A stretch of 64,000 bases of DNA from Nitrospinales bacterium (GCA_965223345.1 CBDCWG010000007.1:64001-128000), one strand, 5' to 3'; numbered from the stretch's first letter, positions 19,846-30,365 are shown. A program made the numbers and translations. The notes: a model not told the origin generated them from the letters alone.

Positions 19846-19989
19846 TCCCGCTCCTCATCGTGAAGACATCTCCCGCTCATGAGGAGAGAAATCGTTTGAC
19901 AATGCATCGGTGCTTATCCATCCTGTAGCGAGGGCGGCGCCCTTTCCCCAGACAAATCAAACCCGTTTTGAGTTCAACCGCTTGGCGTT

Positions 19990-20343
19990 ATGAATTTCAA
20001 GCTCATCGACTTGACGATCGGCACCCTTTCCGGCTTCATTATAGCCTGTACCGTCGTGCAAATCATCCCCGGTCACTGGAATATGTTTGCGGGCATGCTG
20101 GCCGGAGGTGGCATCGGCATGGCTTTCAAATTTTTCCTGCTGTTGCTGCTGGCTCCCTTCTTCGGCGCGTTCGAGGTGATGATCCCCCTGAGCCTGATCG
20201 CCATGGCCGTGGGCATGGGTGCGGGCATGGCCGCCACCGCAGCGCTGTCCGGGACGGCCGTCTGCGCGGCGGGCGGCGTCATCGGGTTGTGTGTCGCGGC
20301 GCTCGTGCTGCGTTCCAACGAAAAACTCGCGCACTTTAACTGA
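19990..20343 (+). CDS. Hypothetical small Gly/Ala-rich membrane protein
   Basis: About four hydrophobic segments; 10 nt upstream of the methyltransferase. Confidence 0.6.
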   Translation: MNFKLIDLTIGTLSGFIIACTVVQIIPGHWNMFAGMLAGGGIGMAFKFFLLLLLAPFFGAFEVMIPLSLIAMAVGMGAGMAATAALSGTAVCAAGGVIGLCVAALVLRSNEKLAHFN

Positions 20344-20353
20344 GATCGCAATC

Positions 20354-20947
20354 ATGGGAGAAAAGGGCTACGACCGCATCGCCGAGGTGTTCGATTTTTT
20401 CCGCCAGGGCGATCTCAAACGCTGGGGGCACATCCAGAGAAAACATTTTGAACAACTGCACGGCAAGGTTCTGCACGTGGGGATCGGCACGGGGCTGGAA
20501 ATCCAGAACTTCCCGCCCGGCCTCGACATCACGGCGATCGATCTCAGTGAAAAGATGCTGGCGCGCGCCCGTACGCGGGCGGCTTCTTACCGGGGCAAGC
20601 TGCACTGTGTGCGCATGAACGCGCAGGCGCTGGCGTTTGCGGACAACCGGTTCGATTCGGTGGCGGCGGTGTGCGTGTTCTGCACCGTGGCCGATCCGGT
20701 ACAAGGATTAAAGGAAGTGCGGCGGGTGCTGAAACCGGGCGGCAAGCTGTTGCTGTTCGAGCACGTCCTGAGCCGCAATCCGCTTTACGGCCTGAGCCTT
20801 CGCTTCATGTCGCTGTTCACCACGGCGCTGGAAGGGACGCATCTCGACCGCAACACGGTGGACAACGTGCGCAAAGCGGGTTTCACCGTAGAGGCGGACC
20901 AGAACGTCTACCTCGACATCGTCAAGGCGATCGTCGCCGTCGCCTGA
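20354..20947 (+). CDS. Class I SAM-dependent methyltransferase
   Basis: VLHVGIGTG motif I, IDLSEKML, FDSV, RRVLKPGG, FEHV. Confidence 0.9.
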   Translation: MGEKGYDRIAEVFDFFRQGDLKRWGHIQRKHFEQLHGKVLHVGIGTGLEIQNFPPGLDITAIDLSEKMLARARTRAASYRGKLHCVRMNAQALAFADNRFDSVAAVCVFCTVADPVQGLKEVRRVLKPGGKLLLFEHVLSRNPLYGLSLRFMSLFTTALEGTHLDRNTVDNVRKAGFTVEADQNVYLDIVKAIVAVA

Positions 20948-20958
20948 CGCAGGCGGTC

Positions 20959-22602
20959 TCAACCGGTTTTTGGGGTCTTTGCGGTTTTCGCGGGTTTTGC
21001 AGGCTTGCCGGCGGCGGGCTGTTTGACGCCGGACAGGATGAAGTAGTTTTTGATGTGCTTCTTGTCGATCAGCTGCTTGGCGAAATCCTGCGCTTCGTTC
21101 TTGCCCTCGAAACGCCCGACGCGCACCTTATACCAGTTGCCGCCGGATTTTTTGGGAGACTGGATGGTGTACAACCCCTTGACGCCCTTTTTCTTGAGAG
21201 AAGCCACCATGCGGTTGGCCTGTTTTGAAGAGGTGACGGCGGCGATCTGGATGGTGTAGATCCGGTTTCCGGTCTGCGGCTTGATTTTTTTGGCGATCGG
21301 TTTGGGAGGCGGTTTCACCACCGGCGCTTCCACCTGCACGACCTGCTGCTCGGTCCATTCCTTGTAGTTCCACGCCACGACGCCCACGATCACCAGGATG
21401 AAGATGCCGGCGAATTTGACGAGCAGGCGGGTCTTGCCGAACCGGATGAGCCCGTCCACCAGGCGCAGCCCGACGCCGCGACCCGCGTCGCGAAAGGCCC
21501 GTCCCACGCCCGCAATCGCACCCCGCAGCCTGCCGGTCAGGGACGCATCGAGCCCCATGCGCACCTTCCAGCGGTCCAGTTCCTGAATGTCCTCGGGGCT
21601 GAAAAAATTCACTTTCTTGATCCGGCCGGAGATGCGGCTGTTTTCCACCATGTCCTTGAGCTCGGCCTGGCCCGCGGGATCGAGGGAAAGAAAGGTCTCC
21701 TTGCATTTTTCGTGCAGCGCCGGGTCGATCCCCCGGAGGTGGCCCTTGCAGTAATTCAGCGCGAGGATTTCCTTCAGCTTTTTTTCCACGGCGCGCCGGT
21801 AGGGCAGCGCGTGGTGGTAAAACCACAGCGCAGCCGGGTCGGTGCGGCCGCTCTCCAACAGCGAGGGCAGGACCAGATCGATGATCCTGGGCGAAAACTC
21901 CCGCTGCCGCGATAAAGCGTGCAAGAACAGCGGCTCGGTCTTGGCGGTGTACTGCTTGCGCTGCAGAAACACCGAGGCCAGATGATCGGAGATGAAATCG
22001 TCCTTGTAGTCCTCGGCTTTCAGCATGACCAGAAGCAGGTCGATGTCGTTTTCGGACAGATCGCCGCCCTTGTCGAGGATCGCGAGCAGCGGGGCGCGGA
22101 ATTTTGAGTTTTTCGGGCTCTGCAGGAAGGCTTTGAGATAAACCTTGAGCGCCTCTTCGTCCTCCCGCCCGATGGACAGAAGATAATCGGCGAATTTGCG
22201 CACCACCAGTCCGCGGAAGCGCCGGCCCTGGCCGGGCAGAAAATAGGAGGTGGACGTGAAGTGCAGCAGATCCTCGAACTGCTTGAGCACCGCTTCCTTG
22301 TCGTCCAGTGGGCCCTTGTCTTTGAGCTGGTGGAAGGCGTTGTGGAATTTCTGCTCGCCGATCAGGCCGTAGGCGAAAAAACCGAAAAACACGCAGACCG
22401 CCAGGATCGCCCATTGAATGGTGCCGTCGTCGAACTGGACGTTCGGCAGCGCGATTTCGTGGATGAAATAGAGGGTGAAAAATCCCAGAAACAGGATCAG
22501 GAAAAAAGAGATGCCCACCCGGGCCATGAGGTATTTGAGGGACTGATACCACACGCCCGATTCCGGAAAGATGCGCTCTCCCTGGACTTTCATCACATCC
22601 AC
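20959..22602 (-). CDS. Membrane protein with C-terminal SPOR peptidoglycan-binding domain
   Basis: N-terminal TMs, helical middle, TM, then YTIQIAA...WYKVRVGRF...EAQ SPOR pattern. Confidence 0.85.
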   Translation of the reverse strand: MDVMKVQGERIFPESGVWYQSLKYLMARVGISFFLILFLGFFTLYFIHEIALPNVQFDDGTIQWAILAVCVFFGFFAYGLIGEQKFHNAFHQLKDKGPLDDKEAVLKQFEDLLHFTSTSYFLPGQGRRFRGLVVRKFADYLLSIGREDEEALKVYLKAFLQSPKNSKFRAPLLAILDKGGDLSENDIDLLLVMLKAEDYKDDFISDHLASVFLQRKQYTAKTEPLFLHALSRQREFSPRIIDLVLPSLLESGRTDPAALWFYHHALPYRRAVEKKLKEILALNYCKGHLRGIDPALHEKCKETFLSLDPAGQAELKDMVENSRISGRIKKVNFFSPEDIQELDRWKVRMGLDASLTGRLRGAIAGVGRAFRDAGRGVGLRLVDGLIRFGKTRLLVKFAGIFILVIVGVVAWNYKEWTEQQVVQVEAPVVKPPPKPIAKKIKPQTGNRIYTIQIAAVTSSKQANRMVASLKKKGVKGLYTIQSPKKSGGNWYKVRVGRFEGKNEAQDFAKQLIDKKHIKNYFILSGVKQPAAGKPAKPAKTAKTPKTG

Positions 22603-22608
22603 GCTCCT

Positions 22609-24669
22609 TTAGGGAATGCCGCCGCCGTCGCTGGATGCGGGAAAGGAAAAGATCCCGGTGGCTTCCTGGGGAAACTCCTGCAGCAGATCCTCATCCGGCT
22701 CCTCTTCGGGAAGCGGGCTCAGATCGAGCTCCTCCTTGACCGCCACACGCATCGACTCGATGGCGGAATAATCGGGCTGCCTGCCGGTCTGCACGTCCAC
22801 CTCCACAAATTTGATGCCGGTGGGCACGGGAAACTTGACCTGCTTTTTCCCCTGCAGCGCCTTCTGCATGAAAAACACCCAGATGGGAACGGCGGCGCGG
22901 CCCCCCGTCAGACCGCGGCCGTTGCGGTCGATCATCGGGTCGTTGTTGTCGTAGCCGACCCACACGGAAACCGACAGATCCTTGGTGAAGCCGTTGAACC
23001 AGGCGTCCTTGAAATCGTTGGTGGTGCCGGTCTTGCCGCCCGCCGGGTGCTTGAAGCCCATGCGGCGCACGGTGCGGCCGGTTCCGGCATCGACGACGCC
23101 CTGCATCATGTCCACCAGGGGATACATCAACTCCTGCGAATAGCGCTGCACGCCCTGGTAATAATGCTGGTAGAGCTGGTTGCCGTGGAAATCCTCGATC
23201 TTCTCGATGAAAAACGGTTCGTTGTACACGCCGAGGCTGGCGATCATGCTGTAGGCGGAAGCCATCTCCAGAGGAGAGACGCCGGAGGTTCCGAGAGCCA
23301 GCGACATATTGGCTCCCAGATGGCTTTTGATGCCGAATTTGCGGCCGGTCTCGACCACCTTTTGCGGCGTAACCTTTTCGATGAGCTTGGCGGACACCAC
23401 GTTGATGGAACGCATCAGCGCTTTTTTCAGGATGATGTCGCCGGCGTAGATGTCGCCGAAGTTTTTCGGCTCCCAGGCGGCGGTGCCGGGGATCTCGATG
23501 AAATAGGGTTCGTCTTTCACAACGGTGGCGGGAGAATAGTCCAGCACTTCCATCGCGGTGAGGTACACCAGCGGCTTGAACGAGGAACCGGGCAGCCGGT
23601 TGCTGGAGATGGCGCGGTTGAACTGGCTCAGGGAATAGTTGCGCCCGCCGAGCATGGCGCGCACCGCGCCGCTTTTGTTTTCGATCGCCACCACGGCGGT
23701 CTGCAGCGGCGCGTCCCGCGGCACGATCCCCTCTTCCAGCCCTTCCAGATGCGACTGCGCAGCTTTCAGGGCGAAGCGCTGGTAGCGGCTGTCGAGGGTG
23801 GTGTAGATTTTCAATCCGCCGTAGTGCACGAACTCCTTGCCGTAATCCTTCTCCAGCTTGTCGATCACGAAATTGGCGAAATACAGGTTGGGGTCGGATT
23901 TCTTTTTCGGCGTGACCAGCCCCAGCTCCGAGTTCAGCGCTTCCTCTTTCTGTTCTGCGGTGATGAATTTCTGCCGCTCCATGCGGCTGAGAACCAGTTT
24001 GGCGCGGGCCATCGAACGCTCGAAATTGGTGAACGGGTTGGCGCCCTTCGGGGATTTGGGCAGCCCCGCGAGGATGGCGGCTTGCAGCAGGGTCAACTCC
24101 TTGGCGCGTTTGGCGAAATACACGCGCGACGCCTCCTCGACCCCGTACGCGCCGCTGCCGAAGTAGATCTGGTTGCAGTACGCTTCCAGAATCTGGTCCT
24201 TGTCGAAGGTGGCCTCGAGCTGCGAGGCGATGAGGAATTCCTTGAACTTGCGCACGAATTTGCGCTCGAAGGAGAAGAACAGGTTTTTCGACAACTGCTG
24301 GGTGATGGTGCTGCCGCCCTCGATCCAGCGGCCGGCGCGCAGGTTGACGAACATCGCGCGCAGGAAACCGCGGTGATCCAGACCGTGGTGCGAGTAGAAC
24401 CTCCGGTCCTCGACGGCGAGGATGGCTTTCAGGAAATTCGGCGAGATGTTTTCGATGGAAACCGGCTGGCGCTCGCCGATGATCATGATCCTCTCGCCAT
24501 CCCAGGAGTAGATTTCGGTGGGCAGGCTCAAGTTGATCTTTTCCAGATCGTCGGGAAGCTGCGGCAAATCGCGGCTGTAGGTGAAGTACAGGCCGACGCC
24601 GGTCAATCCTGCAAGCAGCAGGCCCCCGTAAATCAGGAAAAACACTTTATCCAGAATTTTTCGGATCAA
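22609..24669 (-). CDS. Second class A penicillin-binding protein (1A family)
   Basis: EDRRFYSHHG, GGSTITQQL, PGSSFKP, SIN, KTGTT. Confidence 0.93.
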   Translation of the reverse strand: MIRKILDKVFFLIYGGLLLAGLTGVGLYFTYSRDLPQLPDDLEKINLSLPTEIYSWDGERIMIIGERQPVSIENISPNFLKAILAVEDRRFYSHHGLDHRGFLRAMFVNLRAGRWIEGGSTITQQLSKNLFFSFERKFVRKFKEFLIASQLEATFDKDQILEAYCNQIYFGSGAYGVEEASRVYFAKRAKELTLLQAAILAGLPKSPKGANPFTNFERSMARAKLVLSRMERQKFITAEQKEEALNSELGLVTPKKKSDPNLYFANFVIDKLEKDYGKEFVHYGGLKIYTTLDSRYQRFALKAAQSHLEGLEEGIVPRDAPLQTAVVAIENKSGAVRAMLGGRNYSLSQFNRAISSNRLPGSSFKPLVYLTAMEVLDYSPATVVKDEPYFIEIPGTAAWEPKNFGDIYAGDIILKKALMRSINVVSAKLIEKVTPQKVVETGRKFGIKSHLGANMSLALGTSGVSPLEMASAYSMIASLGVYNEPFFIEKIEDFHGNQLYQHYYQGVQRYSQELMYPLVDMMQGVVDAGTGRTVRRMGFKHPAGGKTGTTNDFKDAWFNGFTKDLSVSVWVGYDNNDPMIDRNGRGLTGGRAAVPIWVFFMQKALQGKKQVKFPVPTGIKFVEVDVQTGRQPDYSAIESMRVAVKEELDLSPLPEEEPDEDLLQEFPQEATGIFSFPASSDGGGIP

Positions 24670-24896
24670 ACCGACTCTCCTCCGGCACAGAGGGCGCCGA
24701 TGCGCAGGCTATGCGCCGTCATGCAAGCTGAACGGGGACGGGTTCCGGTCCAGCCGCCCCGCTTTAAAATACGCTCCCTCATTTTCGCACATCGAAACGC
24801 AAACCTCACCCTTTTCAATGCCCATATCGGATTCGACCCGCGTTTCTCTTTAAAGAGAGCGGCATCGACAGGATACTGCGGAAAATGTTTTCGGGG

Positions 24897-25802
24897 TTAA
24901 AAAATCTCTCCGGAAGGCGTTTCCAGCGGCAGGGCGTCCTGCGCGGAATCGTCGCCTTCCGATTTTTCGATCTGGGACAGCATGTTGTAGGCGATTTCGA
25001 GCGGCACGGGAATCACGAGGACGCCGGTGTAGTAATCGGTGTCGTACTCGATCCCGAAAATCATGTGCTGGGTGTCGGCGTCGTTGAATTCGTCGGAAAC
25101 CCCCACCCGGGTGACGTGGTAGCCCTTCTCCAGAAACCAGCGGGGTTCGGGGAACACGCCTTTCTGCGTGTCCGGGTCCAGCGTCGCGATGATCGCCAGA
25201 AACTCGTCGATGGAAAAGATCTTGTCTTCCGGGAAATCGACTTCCTCCAGCCGCCCCCGTTTCACGGTGCGCGTGGACTGGATTCCGAACAGGTTGTCCA
25301 CGGAGAGGAATTTTTCCTGGATGGAGACCCCCTGCATGTCGAGAAAACCCAGGGTGATCCAGGGGCCGAACCGTTTGAGGATGACCCGCGACCAGTTTTT
25401 GCGGGCGTCGATCTGAATGAGTTCGTAGGGGGAGATGATGCGTTCGGCCCACGGGCCGGGATAGTCGTAATAAAGATCGAGAAACTTCTGCCGCGACACG
25501 GCGAGCGGAAAGGCCGGGGCGACGGATTCGAACATCTGCTTGAAGGATTCGATCGAATCTGCGGACCGCTCCTGCAGGTCCGCCGTGGTGCGCAGGGACT
25601 GGATTTTGGTCTGGGCGACGAGGGACTGCCGGTCTTTTTCCCAGATGCGGCCGAGCTGCGGCCGTTTATGATTCTGCCATTTGAGGTAGTTGCCGATCCC
25701 GCGCTCGGCGAAATGCCCGAAATACTCCAGCACGGCAAACACCGTCAGCAGCACCAGAAACAGCACACCATGTTTTTGCCTTCCGAAGCGGGAGGATTTC
25801 AC
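24897..25802 (-). CDS. Hypothetical membrane-anchored protein
   Basis: Single N-terminal TM; typical codon usage; 6 nt downstream of the XRE gene. Confidence 0.7.
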   Translation of the reverse strand: MKSSRFGRQKHGVLFLVLLTVFAVLEYFGHFAERGIGNYLKWQNHKRPQLGRIWEKDRQSLVAQTKIQSLRTTADLQERSADSIESFKQMFESVAPAFPLAVSRQKFLDLYYDYPGPWAERIISPYELIQIDARKNWSRVILKRFGPWITLGFLDMQGVSIQEKFLSVDNLFGIQSTRTVKRGRLEEVDFPEDKIFSIDEFLAIIATLDPDTQKGVFPEPRWFLEKGYHVTRVGVSDEFNDADTQHMIFGIEYDTDYYTGVLVIPVPLEIAYNMLSQIEKSEGDDSAQDALPLETPSGEIF

Positions 25803-25808
25803 GAGCCA

Positions 25809-26471
25809 TCATCTCACGGTTATTTTCTGCACCGACCGGGTGATCATCTTCAGCTTGTCGATTTTTTCCTTGAGCACTTTCTTATCGACCTTTTTGCGGC
25901 CGGGTTTCTTTTTCTTGACGTTCTTCAGGGACTTGGCGGCGGTGCGGGTGCGCTTGGCGAGCACGCGGGGTGCGGCCTTCTTTTTCGCACGGGCCGGGGT
26001 CTTTTTCTTCGCAGACGCGGAATTTCTCGATTTGCCCTTGCCCTCTTTCAATACCTTGTTGATGGTCGCCAGACACTGGGTTTGCAAATCCGAGTCCATT
26101 TTGCGGAAAATCGACACCAGCTTGCGTTCCGAATCATCGACGGTGATCATTTCCTGCTTGGAGGGCTTTTTGAAGGCGACCAGACCGGAACGGAAATTCA
26201 CGGTCCGGACTTCGGGAAAGGCGGCTTTTTTATTTATCGCCTTAACAGGCGAAATATAGCTCTTGTTGACTTCCGTGGTCAGGAGCTGTTCCAGGGATAT
26301 GTTTCCCAGCCTGGCTATCTTGACGAGAATGGAAACCGGGGCGTCCCGCTCTCCCGCTTCGTACCGGACATAAGTCCTAAACCCCACTTTGAGGATGTCC
26401 GCCATCATCGATTGCGTGCAACGGAGTTCCTTGCGTATGGTTTTCAGATTTTTAGCCAGTATTGACATCAA
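25809..26471 (-). CDS. XRE-family HTH protein with Lys/Arg-rich C-terminal tail
   Basis: LAKNLKTIRKELRCTQSMMADILKVGFRTYVRYEAGERDA HTH_3 pattern; tail AKKKTPARAKKKAAP...KKKKPGRKK. Confidence 0.85.
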   Translation of the reverse strand: MMSILAKNLKTIRKELRCTQSMMADILKVGFRTYVRYEAGERDAPVSILVKIARLGNISLEQLLTTEVNKSYISPVKAINKKAAFPEVRTVNFRSGLVAFKKPSKQEMITVDDSERKLVSIFRKMDSDLQTQCLATINKVLKEGKGKSRNSASAKKKTPARAKKKAAPRVLAKRTRTAAKSLKNVKKKKPGRKKVDKKVLKEKIDKLKMITRSVQKITVR

Positions 26472-26602
26472 ACTGTCTCCTTATCCAAAAAAATTTTCCC
26501 AAAATTCCTGTGACAATGCAAACATTCTTTGCCCTCTTTTTCGGGCCGAGAGCACAAAACAGGATACGCGCGGAGCTTTACAGTAACTCCGGGTTTCGGG
26601 TT

Positions 26603-27577
26603 CTAGCGGTTGAGCAACCGGGCGGCGTGCCGGGCGGAATAAGTCAGAATCATTTGAGCCCCGGCGCGTCGAATGCTCAAAAGCACTTCCATCATGGCTG
26701 CATCCCCATCCACCCAGTCCCGCTGTGCGGCGGCCTGGATCATGGCGTATTCTCCGCTGACGTTGTAAGCGGCGACGGGCACCTGCACCTCTTCCCGCAC
26801 CCGGTGGATGATGTCCAGGTAAGACAGGGCCGGTTTCACCATGACCATGTCCGCCCCCTCTTCAATGTCCTGCCAGACTTCGCGCAGGGCTTCGTCGCTG
26901 TTTCCCGGATCCATCTGATACGAACGCCGGTCGCCGAACTGGGGAGTCGAATCCGCCGCTTCACGGAACGGGCCGTAAAAGGCGGAGGCGTATTTCGCAG
27001 CGTAGGACAGAAGAATCGTGTTCTCGTGACCGGTTTCGTCGAGGATGCCGCGAATGGCCTGCACGCGGCCGTCCATCATATCGGAAGGGGCCACGATGTC
27101 CGCACCGGCTTCCGCGTGTGTGAGCGCCATTTTGGACAACAATTCCAGTGTCGGGTCGTTGACGATGGTGTTGCCTTCCACCAGGCCGCAATGGCCGTGG
27201 TCGGTGTATTCGTCGATGCACACGTCGGTGATGACGACCAGCTCCGGAACCGCCGATTTGATGTCGCGGATGGCCCGCTGCACAACCCCGTCGGGGTTGT
27301 AGGCTTCCGACCCGCGCGCGTCTTTTTTATCGGGAATGCCAAACAGGATGACGGCGGGAATGCCCAGTGAATGGGTTTCCTTGACTTCCTTCACCAGTTG
27401 GTCCGCCGACCAGCGGAACACCCCCGGCATGGATGTGATTTCCTGCTTCACCCCTTTGCCTTCGCACACGAAGAACGGGTCGATGAGGTTGTCCACGCTC
27501 AGCGAGGCCTCGCGCACCATTCGGCGCACAGCCGCATGGGCTCGAAGCCTCCTGTATCTATGTATCGGAAACGGCAT
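26603..27577 (-). CDS. hemB: Porphobilinogen synthase (ALA dehydratase)
   Basis: [46 protein letters not shown]. Confidence 0.98.
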   Translation of the reverse strand: MPFPIHRYRRLRAHAAVRRMVREASLSVDNLIDPFFVCEGKGVKQEITSMPGVFRWSADQLVKEVKETHSLGIPAVILFGIPDKKDARGSEAYNPDGVVQRAIRDIKSAVPELVVITDVCIDEYTDHGHCGLVEGNTIVNDPTLELLSKMALTHAEAGADIVAPSDMMDGRVQAIRGILDETGHENTILLSYAAKYASAFYGPFREAADSTPQFGDRRSYQMDPGNSDEALREVWQDIEEGADMVMVKPALSYLDIIHRVREEVQVPVAAYNVSGEYAMIQAAAQRDWVDGDAAMMEVLLSIRRAGAQMILTYSARHAARLLNR

Positions 27578-27949
27578 GGCCAGGGATGCAGGATGAAACG
27601 AAAGGAACGGTTGCGTCCTTGAAAACGGAAAAACGACTATCCAATATTACTTGAGGTTTGTCAAGAGTAGCATGACTCCCTGGAACCATCAACCGGATGA
27701 ATGAAACGCGAAGCGATGCCAAAGCGCAACTGCATGATTTTTGGGAAAACGCCTGCTGAAATTTTTTTTGATTTCCGCGCAACCGGCCAACGCATTCCTT
27801 TTTCATATGTGGCCGTTGAAATTTTGACGCCGGATTTTACCGGCTGGGGAAAAAATGACCGGGGATTTTTGACTCGGCCCCATTGGGCGAATCGGATCAA
27901 ACGGTTATGCTGAAACGGTTTTCTCCAAAACGCCCGCCGCGCGGAGAGG

Positions 27950-27965
27950 TGGCACAACTCTTGCT
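27950..27965 (+). promoter_or_regulatory. Sigma54 (-24/-12) promoter
   Basis: TGGCACAACTCTTGCT matches TGGCAC-N5-TTGC(A/T) with GG-N10-GC spacing, about 70 nt before ORF 28033. Confidence 0.75.
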
Positions 27966-28032
27966 CGCATAAAGTTAATTTTATAATTTTCCGCTATTTA
28001 TAGCAAAGATTGCACACTTTTTCAGGAGACAC

Positions 28033-28446
28033 GTGACCATGGATTCCTTCGATTCCTATCTGGATAAAGCGTATGAAGAGCTCAATGAGGCCATCATGAA
28101 AGCCATCGTGTCCTCGGAGGAAGTCCGCACGGTCCTGACCAATTTCAAATCCAAGGACATGATCAGCAACCTGGCGGTGCTCAACCTCATCCTCAGCCTG
28201 GAAGAATTGTCCGACCTGGTGTTCGGCAAAAGCGACAAGAACTACAAGTTCGAATCGGTCGATGAGAACGAACTGGAATCGCAGGATTTCAAGGCGTCCG
28301 AAACGCCCCGGGAAAAACCCGCCGCCCCGGCCAGCCACATCGTCGATGGCAAGCGCCTGAGCGAGAAAGAAATCCTGTTCGAAAAATACTGCGAGGGAAA
28401 CTTCAATCTGGAAGAATGGCTGAAAAAGGCCCGCATCAAACTCTGA
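28033..28446 (+). CDS. Hypothetical acidic protein
   Basis: AGGAG SD, clean ORF, typical codon usage; no recognisable domain. Confidence 0.75.
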   Translation: MTMDSFDSYLDKAYEELNEAIMKAIVSSEEVRTVLTNFKSKDMISNLAVLNLILSLEELSDLVFGKSDKNYKFESVDENELESQDFKASETPREKPAAPASHIVDGKRLSEKEILFEKYCEGNFNLEEWLKKARIKL

Positions 28447-28482
28447 GCCCCGCCTCACCCCGCCTCCTCGGGGACAAGCGAA

Positions 28483-28665
28483 TCATTTGCGGAAGATCTT
28501 CGCGTCGCAGGATATATACTTGATCTGTCTCAAGGGGATGACGATGATGTCATCCCCGGTGGTGATTTCGAATAATTCGAGGTCGTCGCTGAATCCGTGC
28601 TTTTCGGTGTTGTCCAGGTCCAGTTCCTGATTGTCCACAAACACCACCTTCAACCGATACTGCAT
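28483..28665 (-). CDS. Hypothetical 60-aa protein
   Basis: AGGAG SD; beta-rich-looking sequence; last gene of the radical SAM operon. Confidence 0.7.
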   Translation of the reverse strand: MQYRLKVVFVDNQELDLDNTEKHGFSDDLELFEITTGDDIIVIPLRQIKYISCDAKIFRK

Positions 28666-28697
28666 TCAAAACACTCCTATGCCGTTGGGTGGAATCC

Positions 28698-29903
28698 TCA
28701 ATGGGGCTGGGGCATCGCCTCATACTGCCGCGACAACGGCTCGCCGAGGTAATCTTCCACGTAGTTTTTCAGATAGCCTTTTTCGTACAGCTTCTTGTTG
28801 GACAGGTTCGAGTTGATCCGGTTCAGCACTTTGAAGGTGCAGCGGGGAAACCGCGCCTTGAAATCGTCGAAGGCGAACCCGGCGATGTCCTTTTCCTCAC
28901 CGCGGATGCTGCGTTCCATGACCACACGCGGAATGTAGACCCGTCTCTGATCGCTCAACCGTTGCGCGATGTCGTTGAAGGTCAACAGCGTCGTGCAGTT
29001 GGAATCCCCACCCAGGGTGGCGTTGGGAACGTAAAGAAAGCGGGCGCGGTTGCGGCGGAACAGGGTCAGGATTTTATACACGTTTCCGGCCATGACCACG
29101 GTGTCTTTCTTGTCCAGCTCGCAGGCGTCGAACACCTTGATGATTTTCTTGCGGTTCAAAAACGCGGTGATGTCCGACTCGGTGTGGATCATGGTGATGT
29201 TGGGCAGATTCATGTCGTAGATCCGGCGCGCCTCTTCGGGCAGAAATTTCTTGCCGTAGCGCATGAGCGCGGTGGTGTCCGGGTCGATGTACTTGAGGGG
29301 GGTCAAACACCCCATCCAGAGCAGGCATTTCGTGTTGACGGCGGCGATCTTGCGGGCGTCCTCGGACATGGTGCGGGGGCCGAGGGAATAGAAGTTGGCG
29401 GACGTCACCGCCGGGCCGTCCAGGATCTTCAGCACCGTATCGACGGTCGGGCCGTTGGGCATCAGCTGTTTGCGAGCGTTGCCCAGCGTGATGACGGACA
29501 ATTCGAAGTTGATGCGGCCGGGATGCCGCTCGGCCAGCTGGTTGATGCGGACGGGATCGACGTAGCCCACCGTGAACATCGTGAGCTTCTTATCGGTGGT
29601 TTCCAGGAACTCCTCGATCCAGTCCAGTGTTTTGGGATGCAGCGGGATGTCCGTCCACTCCATGTACTCGTTACCGCCGAGCACCCAGGATTCGTCCTCG
29701 TGGGTGGGGAATTTCCGGATTTCCCCCAGAATGAACTCCCAGTCTTCCTGCGTCGTCCGCGGAACGTCCACCGTGTTGCGGTAACTGTGATCCTTCTCGT
29801 AGCAGAAGGTGCACTTCACCGGGCAGGTTTTCCCCAGGCTGATGGGGATTTTCCGGTCGCGAATCTCGGTTTTGAGGATTTCCCGCAGGGCCTGCTTATC
29901 CAC
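28698..29903 (-). CDS. Radical SAM protein, DUF512-like, no PDZ domain
   Basis: CPVKCTFC (CxxxCxxC) near the N-terminus; C-terminal VPNATLGG...LLTFNDI...IPRVVM resembles the DUF512 tail. Confidence 0.7.
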   Translation of the reverse strand: MDKQALREILKTEIRDRKIPISLGKTCPVKCTFCYEKDHSYRNTVDVPRTTQEDWEFILGEIRKFPTHEDESWVLGGNEYMEWTDIPLHPKTLDWIEEFLETTDKKLTMFTVGYVDPVRINQLAERHPGRINFELSVITLGNARKQLMPNGPTVDTVLKILDGPAVTSANFYSLGPRTMSEDARKIAAVNTKCLLWMGCLTPLKYIDPDTTALMRYGKKFLPEEARRIYDMNLPNITMIHTESDITAFLNRKKIIKVFDACELDKKDTVVMAGNVYKILTLFRRNRARFLYVPNATLGGDSNCTTLLTFNDIAQRLSDQRRVYIPRVVMERSIRGEEKDIAGFAFDDFKARFPRCTFKVLNRINSNLSNKKLYEKGYLKNYVEDYLGEPLSRQYEAMPQPH

Positions 29904-29915
29904 GGTTTGGTCTCC

Positions 29916-30245
29916 TTATTGCCACTCTTTGAAAATCGCCATCAACTGCTCGTCCACCGGCACCTCGGCCTTCTGGTCTTCGTCCAGATTCTGGATCAGA
30001 GTGTTGAGGTGCACCGCCGCGCATCCCATGTAGGCGATGCTTTCCTGCTGTTTTTTGAAGTCTCCGGCCTTGAGCTTTTTCTCAAGCTCGTCCAGGTGGG
30101 TCGCTTCAAACATGTGGATGGACGATGTCTTTCTAAAGGCTTCGATGGCCTGTTTGAATTCTTTTTTTTCGTGCAGTTCGATCCCCGCTTTGAGGAACTC
30201 CTGCGCTTCCCGGACTTCCTCAACCGTCACCAGCTTTTCTTCCAT
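29916..30245 (-). CDS. Hypothetical helical (TPR-like) protein
   Basis: EAQEFLKAGIELHEKKEFKQAIEAFRK TPR-like helix pair; first gene of the operon. Confidence 0.65.
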   Translation of the reverse strand: MEEKLVTVEEVREAQEFLKAGIELHEKKEFKQAIEAFRKTSSIHMFEATHLDELEKKLKAGDFKKQQESIAYMGCAAVHLNTLIQNLDEDQKAEVPVDEQLMAIFKEWQ

Positions 30246-30365
30246 TCGCTTCCGCCTGTTCTGGGGCCACTCCATGATATCCGGCCACGGCGCAGCGCTC
30301 CGGAAATCCGGGAGTTGAGCCCGAAATTTCTTGATTTTATTCAGTTTCCTGGGAAAAACACGGTC

